DNA of 64,000 nucleotides, from contig CACHJT010000001.1 in NCBI GenBank assembly GCA_902580215.1, forward strand, positions 41,775 through 105,774, in the 5' to 3' direction. The first letter of the stretch is position 1, and the number at the start of each line of letters is the position of its first letter. A program made the translations under genes and the position numbers. The DNA comes from an uncultured Candidatus Actinomarina sp. Its GTDB lineage: Bacteria; Actinomycetota; Acidimicrobiia; Actinomarinales; Actinomarinaceae. Under the pieces are notes generated by a model, which was not told the origin of the DNA, did no database searches, and worked only from the letters and a program-made list of their open reading frames with translations. Below are positions 10,301 through 21,853 of the stretch, piece by piece.

Positions 10301-11344
10301 TTAATTAGGTTTTGGGGATAATTTCAAAACACTTTTGTAGTCTTGAAATCTCTCTAAGCAAATACCAGAACCAATTACAACTGAACTTAATGGATCATCT
10401 GTATTATTAATTGGGATACCTAACTCTTCAGCTATTTTTTTATCCATTTGCTTTAATAGAGATCCTCCACCCGTAAGCCATGCTCCATCCTTATCAATAT
10501 CTGAAACCAAGGCTGGTGGAGTTTGTGAAAGAGATATTCTAATAGCTTCAATAATATCATTTACGACTGGTTGCAAAGCGTTCCTAACATCACTTGCCTC
10601 TAGTAATACTTGCTTAGGTATACCTCTTACAATATCTCTCCCCGTTACTGTTACTTGAGGCTCTTTATCATATTGATAAGCTGAGCCAACTGCATGCTTA
10701 ATATTTTCTGCGATGCCAGTATCTACAAGTATTTGATGTTCTCTCCTTAACCACTCAATTAATATCTCTGTCATATCTTCACCACCAACCCTCACAGAGT
10801 TAGCATTGACTATATCCCCCATTGATATTACTGCTATTTCAGTTGTGCCACCACCTATGTCTACAATCATGTTTCCATAGGGCTCAAAAATATTTAAACC
10901 ACTGCCTATCGCCGCAGCCATAGGCTCTTCTATTGTGAAAACTTCAGATGCACCTGTAGCATGCGCTGCAGTTTCAATAGATCTTTGCTCAACACTTGTA
11001 ACACCATTTGGAACACATATGACAATTCTAGGTCTTGAATAAGCACGCCCTATTGCTCTTGATAGTAAGGTTTTTACAAGTTCCTCTGCCATTTCAATTT
11101 CAGATATCACACCATCTCGCAATGGCCTTACAAGCTCAATAGTATCTGGAACTCTTCCGATTAATTTTTTAGCCTCACGACCAATAGTGATGATCGAGTT
11201 ATCGCTTTTGTTTACAGCAAGAAGTGTAGGCTCATCAACAACAACTCCAACCCCTTTTACATATATGAGAGTGTTGGCAGTACCTAAGTCAATTGCAATA
11301 TCATTGCCACCAAATAATGTTCTTCGTAAATTTAAGTCAACCAT
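10301..11344 (-). CDS. mreB: actin-like protein MreB
   Basis: IDLGTANT, RPLRDGVI, IEEPMAAAIG, DIGGGTTE, LTGGGSLL. Confidence 0.97.
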   Translation of the reverse strand: MVDLNLRRTLFGGNDIAIDLGTANTLIYVKGVGVVVDEPTLLAVNKSDNSIITIGREAKKLIGRVPDTIELVRPLRDGVISEIEMAEELVKTLLSRAIGRAYSRPRIVICVPNGVTSVEQRSIETAAHATGASEVFTIEEPMAAAIGSGLNIFEPYGNMIVDIGGGTTEIAVISMGDIVNANSVRVGGEDMTEILIEWLRREHQILVDTGIAENIKHAVGSAYQYDKEPQVTVTGRDIVRGIPKQVLLEASDVRNALQPVVNDIIEAIRISLSQTPPALVSDIDKDGAWLTGGGSLLKQMDKKIAEELGIPINNTDDPLSSVVIGSGICLERFQDYKSVLKLSPKPN

Positions 11345-11388
11345 GTACTAATAGAATAATCTAATAGTTGCTATTTTTAAATATTTAT

Positions 11389-11787
11389 TTACTGTCCAAA
11401 AAATAACGAAAGTTCTCTCTCAGCACTTTCGCCTGAATCTGATCCATGAACAACATTTTTATCTAATTCAGTTGCTAAATCACCCCTAATTGAGCCCGGT
11501 GTTGATTCGCTTGGATTAGTAGCCCCCATAAGGTTTCTGATTTGTAAAACAACATTTTCACCCTCAACCTGCATAGCAACAACTGGACCACTTGTTATGA
11601 AAGATACTAAATCATTAAAAAATGGTTTGTCTTTATGTTCCCCATAATGCTGCTCTGCTAATTCTTTAGAAATAGTCATCATTTTTATTTTTGTGATGGA
11701 AAATCCTTTGGCTTCAACTCTTGAAATAATTTCCCCAACCAAATTTCTTTGTACACCATCAGGTTTTATCATAAAAAACGTTTTCAT
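11389..11787 (-). CDS. ndk: nucleoside diphosphate kinase
   Basis: [23 protein letters not shown]. Confidence 0.98.
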   Translation of the reverse strand: MKTFFMIKPDGVQRNLVGEIISRVEAKGFSITKIKMMTISKELAEQHYGEHKDKPFFNDLVSFITSGPVVAMQVEGENVVLQIRNLMGATNPSESTPGSIRGDLATELDKNVVHGSDSGESAERELSLFFGQ

Positions 11788-12935
11788 GTAGTTATCCTTT
11801 TTTTATACTCTCCAATTAAATATAAACTACCTAGCAATATAGAAGGATTCTTATTTGATGAAAAAGTACTAAGTTCAACTATTTTAAAATCTATATTTTC
11901 ACTTTCTAGATAATCAATAAATTTATCTGGGTTTTGTTGATTAAAAAAAGTATTTTCCTTAATAAAATTTAACTTGTATTGTTTTTTTGGCTTTAAAAAG
12001 CTGATGATATTTTCTATGTTTTTCCCATTTTTGAAACCTAGATACAAATGAGTATCTCCTAAACTATAAACTTTTTCATAGTCTTCTATAGTTCTAATAA
12101 ACCCATCTATATTGTGTGCACCATCTATGATTTTTAAAGGATTTCGATTAATAATTTCAAACCTTCCTTCTACAAATTCTAGATTAAAATCTAGAGGAAC
12201 TTTTTTTGTATTCGAACCTATTAAAAAGTTTACGATTAATGAAGCGAATAAATAATTTAATTGTTTTGATGTGTAATCCTTTGATTTGCCATCAATAAAA
12301 TCCTTTAATAGGTGTTTTGATTTAAAATGTTTGTAATTATTTTCTATCACTTTAATTAATTCGTCGCTTAATTCACCAACAAATAAATTATCTATACTAT
12401 TCGATACAAATATTTTTTGATCTAAAACTTCAAGATCTGTATTACCCAGTAAATCTTGATGATCTCTTCCAATATTTGTAAGTACAACATTTTTACTTTG
12501 AATGACAGAAGTAGTATCTAAAATTCCGCCTATACCAGCCTCACATATGAAATAATCCATTTCACTATCTAAAAAAGATTTACAAGCAATTAAAAAAAGA
12601 GTTTCAAAATAACCTAAAGTTATATTATTTTTAGTCTCAAAATCATGAACGGATCTCGATATGATATCAAAATTAATATCACTATAAGATTGTATTCTCT
12701 CTTGAAAGTTCACTAGATGAGGAGAGGTAAACATTAAAACTTGTTTTGTTTCTTTGCTAAGCAGTTTATAAATAAATTTTGCGGTTGAAGTTTTTCCATT
12801 GGTTCCAACAATAGCGATAGTTTTATCCATTAAATACTTCAGCTGATCTTCTGTAAAAAATCTATGAAGTGCATCAAGATTTTTATTGTTGGTTAGCCCA
12901 ATTTTAGAATTTAAATATTCTTCTAATTCCTTCAA
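11784..12935 (-). CDS. folC: folylpolyglutamate/dihydrofolate synthase
   Basis: GTNGKTS, FTSPHL..F.ERI, EAGIGG.LDTT, GRFE, IDGAHN, GSLYLIG; follows valS. Confidence 0.9.
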   Translation of the reverse strand: MKELEEYLNSKIGLTNNKNLDALHRFFTEDQLKYLMDKTIAIVGTNGKTSTAKFIYKLLSKETKQVLMFTSPHLVNFQERIQSYSDINFDIISRSVHDFETKNNITLGYFETLFLIACKSFLDSEMDYFICEAGIGGILDTTSVIQSKNVVLTNIGRDHQDLLGNTDLEVLDQKIFVSNSIDNLFVGELSDELIKVIENNYKHFKSKHLLKDFIDGKSKDYTSKQLNYLFASLIVNFLIGSNTKKVPLDFNLEFVEGRFEIINRNPLKIIDGAHNIDGFIRTIEDYEKVYSLGDTHLYLGFKNGKNIENIISFLKPKKQYKLNFIKENTFFNQQNPDKFIDYLESENIDFKIVELSTFSSNKNPSILLGSLYLIGEYKKRITT

Positions 12936-15523
12936 TTATCGAGAGATTTTAATGTTGAATTTATTGATTCGATCTGATTATTTAGATTTTGTACATTTTG
13001 TTTTTCTTGATCAATTAATTCTTGTTTAGCATTTTTAACAAATTTGTCATTATTAAGTCTCTGATTAGATATTTCTAATGATTTACTCAATTCTTCTCTT
13101 TTTTTATTTAATCTCTTTATTTCATTTTCAACATCAATATATTTATTGGCCAATATACTAAATTCAAATTCGTTTGATTGGAAAGAAAGAACAACTCCCG
13201 CTTTTACCTTATTTTCACCAGTAGAAATAGTAACATTTGCAGTTTTCTCTAACTGATTGATAAACCAATCTGGATAAGAGCTAGCTGGGTACAAATCAAT
13301 ACTTAAAGAATTTTTTAAATTGTAAGTTGATTTAAAGTTTCTGATTTTAGAAATTATTTCTCTCAAATCTTCTATTTCATAAATATCAACCGATTGTTGC
13401 TGATATTTGGTTGGCCATGAATTATCAATTATGTAATTTTCATTAAAAGAAGACCATATTTCTTCAGTTATATGTGGCATTGCAGGGTTTAGTAATTTCA
13501 ATGACTCTAAAAATATTGACTTTAAAACAGTTTGAGTTTCAATTTTTTTATCTTCGTCAGAGAACAAGTTCTTTGAAAATTCAAAATACCAGTCAAATAA
13601 CTCTGACCACAAAAAATTATAAAGTAATTTATAGGCATCTGAAATTTTATATTTTTCAAAAAGTTCATTAAATTCCTCTAAGGTTTCATTAAACCTTGAT
13701 ATGATCCATTTATTTTCAATTAAAGATACTTTGCTAATCTCAGATGGTATAGATTCATCAGTATACAAATGTACGAATTTTGCAGCATTCCATATCTTGT
13801 TGCCAAATTTTTTTGCAGATACTGTCCACTCTTCATCAAAGGGCACATCTTGTCCTGGATTAGCTTTTTCAATAAGTGAAAATCTCAAAGCGTCCGCTCC
13901 ATGTTTTTCTGATAATTCTAAGGGGTCCATTGTGTTTCCAAGGCTTTTTGACATTTTTCTTCCTTGTGAATCTCTAACTAAACCGTGGATAAGAATATCT
14001 TTAAATGGAATATTTTCCATTGTGTATAAACCCATCATAATCATTCGTGCAACCCAGAAAAAAATAATATCAAAACCAGTAACAAGTAAGGTAGTAGGAT
14101 AATAACTTTTTAGATCTTCTGTTTCTTCTGGCCATCCTAAAGTGCTAAATGGCCAAAGTGCTGAAGAAAACCAAGTGTCTAAGACATCCTCATCCTGAGC
14201 TAATTGAACATCATCTTTAAGACCATATTTCTCTCTTACATTGGCCTCACTAGTACCAACATAATGATTTTTTTCATCATCGTACCAAGCTGGAATCCTA
14301 TGGCCCCACCATTGCTGTCTAGATATACACCAATCCTGAATATTGTACATCCACTCAAAATAAGTTTTTTCCCAATTTTTTGGTATAAATCTAATTTCAT
14401 CATCCTCAACAACTTGTATTGCTTTTTTGGCAACCTCATCAGTTTTTACAAACCATTGTTCAGAAACCATTGGTTCAAGTATTGTTTTAGACCTATCCCC
14501 TTTTGGAATTTGAATTTGATGATCTTCTACTCTTTTAAGTAAATTTTGATTTTTAAGCATGTCTATAATTTTTTCTCGAGCTTCAAACCGATCAAGCCCT
14601 CTTAATTCTTGTGGTATAAATTCATGATTTTCAATTTTTCCATCAAAATCTAAACATCTTATCATTTCTAGATTGTGCCTTTTACCAATTTCATAATCGT
14701 TGAAGTCATGGGCAGGAGTAATCTTTACACACCCAGAGCCAAATTCAACATCAACATATTCATCAGCAATAATTTCTACTTCTCTATTTACTACTGGGAT
14801 AATTGCTGTTTTTCCTATCAAATCTTTATATCTATCGTCTGAAGGATTTACAGCAACAGCTGTGTCGCCTAGTAAAGTTTCTGGTCTTGTAGTTGCAATT
14901 TCTATAAATGAATCTCCAACCTTATAATTGATAGTCCACAACTTTCCTAGTTCATTTGAAGACGTAACTTCCAAATCAGAAACTGCTGACTTTAATTTTG
15001 TATCCCAATTAACCATTCGAGTACCTTTGTAAATTAAATCATTTTCATATAGTGAAACAAATACGTTTATTACTGCCTGTGAAAGTCCTTCATCCATTGT
15101 GAATCTTTCTCTTGACCAATCACAACTCATGCCTAAAGTTTTCATTTGATTAGTAATATTGTCACCTGATTTTTCTTTCCATTCCCAAACTTTTGCTAGA
15201 AAATTTTCTCTTCCTAGGTCATGCTTAGAAATCCCATTCTCTTCTAATTCTTTTTCAACAAGAAGTTGTGTAATAATTCCAGCGTGGTCAGTTCCTGGAA
15301 GCCAGAGAGTTTGAAAGCCTTGTAGTCTTTTTATTCTTGTTATGACATCAATAATCGAATGTTCTAAAGCATGACCCATATGAAGTGAACCAGTTACATT
15401 TGGAGGAGGAATTACTATAGAAAAATTTTCGTCAGAATCTGTTGGTTGGAATTTATTCCCTTGTTCCCAGTTTTTTTGCCATTTCTTTTCTATTGATAAT
15501 GGATCGTATTTTTCATTCTGCAT
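12932..15523 (-). CDS. valS: valine--tRNA ligase
   Basis: PPPNVTGSLHMGH, DWCISRQ, DVLDTWFSS, KMSKS, C-terminal coiled coil. Confidence 0.98.
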   Translation of the reverse strand: MQNEKYDPLSIEKKWQKNWEQGNKFQPTDSDENFSIVIPPPNVTGSLHMGHALEHSIIDVITRIKRLQGFQTLWLPGTDHAGIITQLLVEKELEENGISKHDLGRENFLAKVWEWKEKSGDNITNQMKTLGMSCDWSRERFTMDEGLSQAVINVFVSLYENDLIYKGTRMVNWDTKLKSAVSDLEVTSSNELGKLWTINYKVGDSFIEIATTRPETLLGDTAVAVNPSDDRYKDLIGKTAIIPVVNREVEIIADEYVDVEFGSGCVKITPAHDFNDYEIGKRHNLEMIRCLDFDGKIENHEFIPQELRGLDRFEAREKIIDMLKNQNLLKRVEDHQIQIPKGDRSKTILEPMVSEQWFVKTDEVAKKAIQVVEDDEIRFIPKNWEKTYFEWMYNIQDWCISRQQWWGHRIPAWYDDEKNHYVGTSEANVREKYGLKDDVQLAQDEDVLDTWFSSALWPFSTLGWPEETEDLKSYYPTTLLVTGFDIIFFWVARMIMMGLYTMENIPFKDILIHGLVRDSQGRKMSKSLGNTMDPLELSEKHGADALRFSLIEKANPGQDVPFDEEWTVSAKKFGNKIWNAAKFVHLYTDESIPSEISKVSLIENKWIISRFNETLEEFNELFEKYKISDAYKLLYNFLWSELFDWYFEFSKNLFSDEDKKIETQTVLKSIFLESLKLLNPAMPHITEEIWSSFNENYIIDNSWPTKYQQQSVDIYEIEDLREIISKIRNFKSTYNLKNSLSIDLYPASSYPDWFINQLEKTANVTISTGENKVKAGVVLSFQSNEFEFSILANKYIDVENEIKRLNKKREELSKSLEISNQRLNNDKFVKNAKQELIDQEKQNVQNLNNQIESINSTLKSLDN

Positions 15524-15533
15524 ATATTATATT

Positions 15534-16790
15534 TTATGCAGTTTTGTCGTCTTTTGACTCTTTCAAAACCATTTTTGGTGCAATATCTTCTAAAACATTT
15601 TCTTTATCAATAATTATTTTAGAAATATCTTTTCTTGATGGTGATTCATACATTTCATCTAACAATATTTTCTCTAATATTGAACGTAAACCTCTTGCAC
15701 CAGTTTTCCTTTCCAGCGCTAAATCAGCCATAGCCTCAAGTGATGCATCAGTAAACACAAGATCAATATCGTCTAATTCAAACATTTTCTTAAATTGTTT
15801 TGTAATAGCATTTTTTGGCTTAGTTAGAATTTCTATCAAGGCATCCTTGCTTAATTCATTTACATTAGTAGTAACTGGTAGTCTTCCAATAAATTCAGGA
15901 ATCAAGCCAAACTTAATTAAATCTCTTGGTTCAACAAATGCAAAAAGTTCTTCTTTATTAAATTCTTTACTCTCTGAGAGGCTAGTGTTAAAGCCAATTG
16001 TATTTTCTCCAAGCCTCTTACTAATAATTTGATCAAGTCCGTCAAAGGCTCCTCCAACAATAAATAAAATATTTGTAGTATCTATTTGCAAATACTCTTG
16101 TTGTGGATGTTTTCTACCACCTTGTGGTGGCACTTGAGCAGTGGTGCCTTCAAGAATCTTAAGTAATGCCTGTTGAACACCTTCTCCAGAAACATCTCTT
16201 GTTATTGATGGGTTATCAGATTTTCTTGTAATTTTATCTATTTCATCAATGTAGATAATTCCCTTTTCAGCTCTTGGAATTTCATAATCAGCTGATTGGA
16301 TTAATGTAAGCAAAATATTTTCAACATCTTCGCCTACATAACCAGCTTCCGTAAGAGTAGTTGCATCTGCTATTGCAAAAGGAACATTTAGTGTTTTTGC
16401 TAAAGTTTGTGCTAACAGTGTTTTACCACTACCAGTTGGTCCTAAAAGTAAAACATTTGATTTTTGAATTTCAAGTTCATTATCTACTAAATCACCTTTA
16501 TAAATTCTTTTATAGTGATTATAAACTGCAACAGACAAAGTCTTCTTTGCATCTTCTTGGCCAATGATGTACTCGTTTAGTGATTGGTTAATCTCTTTTG
16601 GTAAAGGTAGATACTCTTCTGAGCTTGTTTCTAGCTTTTCGACTTTTTCTTCTTCGATTATTTCAACACAAAGCTCAATACACTCGTCACAAATGTAAAC
16701 ACCTGGGCCTGCGATTAGTTTTATTACTTGTTTTTGAGACTTACCACAAAAACTGCACTTTAGTGCTTGAGATGAATCTTTATTTGCCAT
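15534..16790 (-). CDS. clpX: ATP-dependent Clp protease ATP-binding subunit ClpX
   Basis: CSFC..CDEC zinc finger, [30 protein letters not shown] loop. Confidence 0.98.
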   Translation of the reverse strand: MANKDSSQALKCSFCGKSQKQVIKLIAGPGVYICDECIELCVEIIEEEKVEKLETSSEEYLPLPKEINQSLNEYIIGQEDAKKTLSVAVYNHYKRIYKGDLVDNELEIQKSNVLLLGPTGSGKTLLAQTLAKTLNVPFAIADATTLTEAGYVGEDVENILLTLIQSADYEIPRAEKGIIYIDEIDKITRKSDNPSITRDVSGEGVQQALLKILEGTTAQVPPQGGRKHPQQEYLQIDTTNILFIVGGAFDGLDQIISKRLGENTIGFNTSLSESKEFNKEELFAFVEPRDLIKFGLIPEFIGRLPVTTNVNELSKDALIEILTKPKNAITKQFKKMFELDDIDLVFTDASLEAMADLALERKTGARGLRSILEKILLDEMYESPSRKDISKIIIDKENVLEDIAPKMVLKESKDDKTA

Positions 16791-16816
16791 TTTTAACTAC
16801 CCTGTTGTTTTTTTAG

Positions 16817-17434
16817 CTATTTTTTGTCTGCTAACTCCCTTTGAATTAGCACTTCATCTACTATACCGTATTCTTTTGCTTCTTGCGCGGTCATCCAAAA
16901 ATCTCTATCTGTGTCTTCCGCAACTTTTTCAACGTTTTGACCAGTAAAATCAGCCAATAAACCGTTTAATTGGGTTCTCATTGATACAATAAGATCAAAA
17001 TTTCTCTCCATATCAGCTACAGTGCCCTCCATACCACCAGATGGTTGATGGAGCATGATTCTTGCATTTGGTAGGCTGTATCTTTTTCCAGGAGTACCAC
17101 CAGCTAAAATGACAGAAGCTGCAGATGCTGCTAGCCCCATACATACTGTTGAAATATCTGGCTTTATGTACTTCATTGTGTCATAAATTGTAAATAATGA
17201 AGTGATTGATCCTCCTGGTGAGTTGATATACATAAAGATATCTTTATCTGGGTCTTCTGATTCTAAATGTAATAGCTGAGCCATTATGGAGTTTGCTACA
17301 CCATCATCAATTGGTGTTCCCAAAAATATAATTCTGTCTTTTAAAAGCCTTGAGTATATATCAAAGGCTCTCTCGCCCCTGTTAGTATTTTCTATAACAG
17401 TAGGGATTACATAATTTGAAGGTAATTCTTTCAT
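16817..17434 (-). CDS. clpP: Clp protease proteolytic subunit
   Basis: [27 protein letters not shown] (catalytic Ser), HQP. Confidence 0.98.
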   Translation of the reverse strand: MKELPSNYVIPTVIENTNRGERAFDIYSRLLKDRIIFLGTPIDDGVANSIMAQLLHLESEDPDKDIFMYINSPGGSITSLFTIYDTMKYIKPDISTVCMGLAASAASVILAGGTPGKRYSLPNARIMLHQPSGGMEGTVADMERNFDLIVSMRTQLNGLLADFTGQNVEKVAEDTDRDFWMTAQEAKEYGIVDEVLIQRELADKK

Positions 17435-17435
17435 A

Positions 17436-18755
17436 TTATTCTTCCTCTCTTACTTCTTCTTCTTGATTGTAGACGTCTTGTAGGTATACTTTTTCACCAT
17501 CCTTGTCAACAGACACTCCTTGTTGCAAAATATGCAGCATAGCCTTATTTCTTAGGGATTCGGCTTCTAAATTTAACCTATGACTTGCGTCCTCTACTTC
17601 TTTTCCTTCTTCATCGTGTGTTGACATGTGATCATCAATATATTTAATTTCTTTATCATCCAGTTTAATCTCTTGATCTTCGACAACTTTATCTAAAATA
17701 ACAACCATAGAGAGATTTCTAGTAGCTTGATTTTTTAAGTCTTCTTGAAGAGTTTCTTCAGTTAATCCAGTTATTTGCAAGTAATCTTCAATTTTTATAT
17801 TATTTTGGTTCAATTCAGCCATGAAGTTTTGTAATATGCTATCCATTTCAGCAATTACTAACTGTTCAGGAAGTTCTAGCTTTGATTCTTCTATCAATTT
17901 ACTTGTTAATAAACCTTGGTACTGATTAGCAATTTGTCTTTTTTTAACCATCTCAATATTTTTAAATAACTCATCGTTCATTTCTGCAATATTATCAAAT
18001 TCAGTCATTGAAGAAACCCATTCGTCGGTTAATTCTGGCATAACCTTTTCTTTAATTTCTTTTACTAAAACAGTAATTTCGACATTACTTTTACCAACAG
18101 ATGGTATGTCATCATTAAATTTTATTATTGCTCCTGTAGATACACCTTCTAATTTTGAATCCATTGAGGGTGTTAGTGAGTTGCTTCCGAGTTCGTACAA
18201 ATAATCTTGATAGGAAAATTCTTCTAACTCTTTACCATTTTCAATTGCACTGATATTTACTAATAAATAATCAGATGTTTTTGAAGGCCTTTCAACTTTA
18301 GTCACATCAGCAAACTGTAGCTTTATTCTGTCAATTTGATCTGCAATCTCTTCCTCAGTAGGGGTAATGGATTCTACTTCTACAGTTTGATTTAGCTTTG
18401 GAAGTTTAGATATTTTTGGCCATAGTGTGATTAAAACATCAACCTTATAGGATTTCTTTTCTTTTTTTAAATCTTTTACCACGGGCCTAACAGCTGGACT
18501 TAATTCTTCTTTTTGCAATATTTCAAAAATTTGCTCAGGCAAATATAAATCAATTGATTCCTCAAGAATATAATCTTCACCCACTTCTCTAATGACAATA
18601 TTTTTTGGAATTTTTCCTGGTCTAAAACCTTTAACTTTTAGTGATTTGCTAATTTTAGAAATTGCTTCATCTTTTTTAGATTCAAGGTCTTCAAAATCAA
18701 TATCAATTTCAATATTGCTTTCAAAATCGCCAACTTTTTTTACTTTATATTTCAT
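17436..18755 (-). CDS. tig: trigger factor
   Basis: GFRPGKIP ribosome-binding motif; tig-clpP-clpX order. Confidence 0.93.
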   Translation of the reverse strand: MKYKVKKVGDFESNIEIDIDFEDLESKKDEAISKISKSLKVKGFRPGKIPKNIVIREVGEDYILEESIDLYLPEQIFEILQKEELSPAVRPVVKDLKKEKKSYKVDVLITLWPKISKLPKLNQTVEVESITPTEEEIADQIDRIKLQFADVTKVERPSKTSDYLLVNISAIENGKELEEFSYQDYLYELGSNSLTPSMDSKLEGVSTGAIIKFNDDIPSVGKSNVEITVLVKEIKEKVMPELTDEWVSSMTEFDNIAEMNDELFKNIEMVKKRQIANQYQGLLTSKLIEESKLELPEQLVIAEMDSILQNFMAELNQNNIKIEDYLQITGLTEETLQEDLKNQATRNLSMVVILDKVVEDQEIKLDDKEIKYIDDHMSTHDEEGKEVEDASHRLNLEAESLRNKAMLHILQQGVSVDKDGEKVYLQDVYNQEEEVREEE

Positions 18756-18776
18756 TTATCTCCTAATAAATATAAG

Positions 18777-18852
18777 GGTGACCGACGGGATTCGAACCCG
18801 CGACCTCCTGGACCACAACCAGGCGCTCTAACCGAACTGAGCTACGATCACC
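18777..18852 (-). tRNA. tRNA-His(GUG)
   Basis: G-1 plus GTGATCG/CGGTCAC acceptor stem, anticodon arm CCTGG-TTGTGGT-CCAGG, GGTTCGAATCC T-arm; CCA not encoded. Confidence 0.95.
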
Positions 18853-18856
18853 ACAG

Positions 18857-18930
18857 CGCTCTCGATAGGACTCGAACCTATAACCTACAGATTAGAAGTC
18901 TGTTGCTCTATCCATTTGAGCTACGAGAGC
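18857..18930 (-). tRNA. tRNA-Arg(UCU)
   Basis: GCTCTCG acceptor stem, anticodon arm ACAGA-CTTCTAA-TCTGT, GGTTCGAGTCC. Confidence 0.95.
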
Positions 18931-18938
18931 TCTTCGTG

Positions 18939-19009
18939 AGCGGGTGAAGGGAATCGAACCCTCATAGCCAGCTTGGAAGGCTGGAGCTTTGCCATTAAGC
19001 TACACCCGC
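18939..19009 (-). tRNA. tRNA-Gly(UCC)
   Basis: GCGGGTG acceptor stem, anticodon arm CCAGC-CTTCCAA-GCTGG, GGTTCGATTCC. Confidence 0.95.
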
Positions 19010-19016
19010 AGGTAAG

Positions 19017-19091
19017 TCGGGCTGGTGAGATTCGAACTCACGACCTCCTGCTCCCAAAGCAGGCGCTCTAGCCAAGCTGAGCCACAGCCCG
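19017..19091 (-). tRNA. tRNA-Pro(UGG)
   Basis: CGGGCTG acceptor stem, anticodon arm CCTGC-TTTGGGA-GCAGG, GAGTTCGAATCTC. Confidence 0.95.
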
Positions 19092-19186
19092 CAACTTAAT
19101 CATTTTTCTATCTTAACTGTTTTATAAAAAGAATAAATAGAAAAAATTTATACTTAACTATCATAATCTAAGTTAATCTTTAAAAG

Positions 19187-19260
19187 GGGTCGCTAGCTCA
19201 ATTTGGCAGAGCAACGGACTCTTAATCCGCAGGTTCGGGGTTCAAGTCCCCGGCGACCCA
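19187..19260 (+). tRNA. tRNA-Lys(CUU)
   Basis: GGGTCGC/GCGACCC acceptor stem, anticodon arm CGGA-CTCTTAA-TCCG, GGTTCAAGTCC. Confidence 0.95.
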
Positions 19261-19272
19261 CGCGACATTTTA

Positions 19273-19355
19273 GCGGATGTGGCGGAACTGGTAGACGCGC
19301 TAGATTTAGGATCTAGTGAGCTTTGCTCGTGGAGGTTCGAGTCCTCTCATCCGCA
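19273..19355 (+). tRNA. tRNA-Leu(UAG)
   Basis: GCGGATG/CATCCGC acceptor stem, anticodon arm CTAGA-TTTAGGA-TCTAG, long variable arm GAGC-TTT-GCTC. Confidence 0.95.
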
Positions 19356-19369
19356 CAAATTATAATTAT

Positions 19370-19864
19370 TTATTTTGATGGAAATTCTACAATAAGCTCT
19401 GTTGAATTTGCAGTTGCATAAATTTTTCCATCTTTATCACTTAATGTGCCAGTAACAAAAATTACTCTTCTTCCTATTTTTTCAATCTTTGCTGATGCTG
19501 TAACTTCACCAGTGGATACTGTCATAGGCCTGAAATAATTAACTCTTATATCTGTTGTCATTGTCAAAAACCCTTTATCAAGCTGACAGTTAGCTGAAAT
19601 ACTATTACAAGAATCTAACATTGTGGCTGCTAAGCCCCCATGAACAGTTCCAAGGGGATTGTAATGAAACTCTTGTGGTGTAAGTGTAAAGGTTACCTGA
19701 CCTTTATCGTCTACTTCCATCTGTGAAGTATCCATTAGAGCACCCATTGGGATGTTTTCAACTGGCAAGTTTATAAAGAAGTCTCTTCTACCATCTTTAT
19801 CTAAATTTACTAATTCCAAGACTAAGCCTGGAACTAAATCCCATTTAACTATTCTTTCATTCAT
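19370..19864 (-). CDS. PaaI-family (hotdog) thioesterase
   Basis: NPLGTVHGG..ATMLD motif; start placed at ATG 19864 (MNERIV), overlapping the acs stop. Confidence 0.9.
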   Translation of the reverse strand: MNERIVKWDLVPGLVLELVNLDKDGRRDFFINLPVENIPMGALMDTSQMEVDDKGQVTFTLTPQEFHYNPLGTVHGGLAATMLDSCNSISANCQLDKGFLTMTTDIRVNYFRPMTVSTGEVTASAKIEKIGRRVIFVTGTLSDKDGKIYATANSTELIVEFPSK

Positions 19865-21803
19865 CGTCAGATTCCGATGCTCTTGTTTGTAATTCAGATA
19901 CAATATCTGCATTTGCTAATGTTGTTACATCACCCAGCTTTCTTTCTTCTGAAATATCTTTTAAAAGTCTGCGCATGATTTTTCCACTTCTAGTTTTGGG
20001 TAAATCAGCTGTTATAACAATACTTTTTGGTTTAGCAATTGGACCAATTTTATCACTTACGTGCTGTCTAAGATCAGCAATTAGATCTTCATTGCCTTCA
20101 TCAGTTCCAATTAATGAAACAAATGCAGCAATAGCTTCTCCAGTTATTTCATCACTCCTACCAATTACTGCAGCTTCTGCTACTGCTTGATGGGAAACTA
20201 AAGCACTTTCAACTTCAGCTGTTGATATTCTATGTCCAGATATATTCATTACATCATCTACACGTCCTAACAGCCATATATAACCTTCGTCATCATATTT
20301 AGCTCCATCACCAGCAAAATATAAACCATTATGTTGTGACCAATAAGTGTCTAAATACCTCTGATCATCTCCATAAACAGTTCTTAACATTGATGGCCAA
20401 GGAGATTTTACAGCTAAAAAGCCTCCTTCACCTTTGCCTACTTCATTTCCATCATTGTCAATAACAATTGATTCGATACCTGGTAGTGGTCCGCAAGCAG
20501 ATCCAGGTTTAGTGCTTGTCACACCTGGTAGTGGGGAAATCATTATTGAGCCAGTTTCTGTTTGCCACCATGTGTCAACAATTGCACAATTCTCACCACC
20601 GATATTCTCGTGATACCACATCCATGCTTCAGGATTTATTGGCTCTCCTACAGTACCTAATATTCTTAGTGAACTTAAATCATGAGCTTGAGGGTGCTCT
20701 ACACCCCATTTCATAAATGCCCTTATTGCAGTTGGAGCTGTATAAAAAATGTTGACTTTATACTTTTCAATAATGCTCCAAAGTCTTTTCTCATCTGGTG
20801 CATTTGGTGCCCCTTCGTACATAACACTTGTTGCTTTATTAGCTAATGGCCCATAAACAATATAACTATGACCAGTAACCCAACCACAATCTGCTGCACA
20901 CCAGTAAATATCATCTTCTTTTACATCAAAAACTTCGTGATGAGTTGTTGTCACCCCTGTTAGATACCCTCCTTGTGTATGGACAATACCTTTTGGTTTA
21001 GCAGTTGTTCCAGATGTATAAAGAATGTACAGCATATCCTCGGAGTTCATTACTTCAGGTTCGCAATCAGAAGACTCTTTGTCAGTTATATCGTGATACC
21101 AATGATCTCGACCATCAGTCATATTAATTTCCTGCTCAGTTCGTTTAACAACAATTACATTTTCTACATATTCAGTAAGTTCCAATGAGCCGTCAACATT
21201 ATTTTTTAGAGGAACAATATCTCCCCTTCTCCATGCACCATCAGCAGTAATAACTGTTTTTGCTTTTGCGTCATTGATTCTGTCTGCAAGAGCTTCAGAT
21301 GAAAATCCACCAAAGACAACTGAGTGCACGGCCCCAATCCGTGCACATGCCAACATAGAAACTACTATTTCTGGAGTCATGCCCAAATAAATTGCTACTC
21401 TATCACCTTTTTCTACACCAAGTTTTTTTAATGCATTTGAAAGTTTGCAAACTCGCTCATATAAATCTTGATATGTAATTTCTTGCGTATCTCCTGGTTC
21501 TCCTTCCCAATAAAACGCAACTCTATCCCCATCAGATTCAAGGTGTCTGTCTAAGCAATTATATGATAAGTTCAACTCGCCATCTTTAAACCACTTAAAA
21601 AAAGGAGGGTTTGAATCATCTAGTATCTCTGTTGGCTCTTTGAACCAAGAGATTCTTGTTAAAGCCTGTTTTTGCCAAAATTTTAATCTATCTTCACCTG
21701 CTTCGTCATACCAAGAAGATGGAGCATTTGCGTTTTTGATTAGATTTTCAGAAGGTGGAAACTTTCTATCTTCTTTAAGTAGGTTTTCAATTTTTTCATT
21801 CAT
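19857..21803 (-). CDS. acs: acetyl-CoA synthetase
   Basis: YTSGTTAKPKG, DTWWQTETG, LPKTRSGKIMRR. Confidence 0.97.
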   Translation of the reverse strand: MNEKIENLLKEDRKFPPSENLIKNANAPSSWYDEAGEDRLKFWQKQALTRISWFKEPTEILDDSNPPFFKWFKDGELNLSYNCLDRHLESDGDRVAFYWEGEPGDTQEITYQDLYERVCKLSNALKKLGVEKGDRVAIYLGMTPEIVVSMLACARIGAVHSVVFGGFSSEALADRINDAKAKTVITADGAWRRGDIVPLKNNVDGSLELTEYVENVIVVKRTEQEINMTDGRDHWYHDITDKESSDCEPEVMNSEDMLYILYTSGTTAKPKGIVHTQGGYLTGVTTTHHEVFDVKEDDIYWCAADCGWVTGHSYIVYGPLANKATSVMYEGAPNAPDEKRLWSIIEKYKVNIFYTAPTAIRAFMKWGVEHPQAHDLSSLRILGTVGEPINPEAWMWYHENIGGENCAIVDTWWQTETGSIMISPLPGVTSTKPGSACGPLPGIESIVIDNDGNEVGKGEGGFLAVKSPWPSMLRTVYGDDQRYLDTYWSQHNGLYFAGDGAKYDDEGYIWLLGRVDDVMNISGHRISTAEVESALVSHQAVAEAAVIGRSDEITGEAIAAFVSLIGTDEGNEDLIADLRQHVSDKIGPIAKPKSIVITADLPKTRSGKIMRRLLKDISEERKLGDVTTLANADIVSELQTRASESDDE

Positions 21804-21853
21804 AAATTCTCCCCTAAGAAATAGTATATATATCCGTAAATAGAAAAATCTAC

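Noticed and set aside
15524..15533. T-box or other leader upstream of valS
   Set aside because: Only 10 nt separate clpX and valS.
18770..19370. Prophage or ICE integrated at the tRNA cluster
   Set aside because: Flanks are housekeeping genes; no integrase or duplicated tRNA 3' end.
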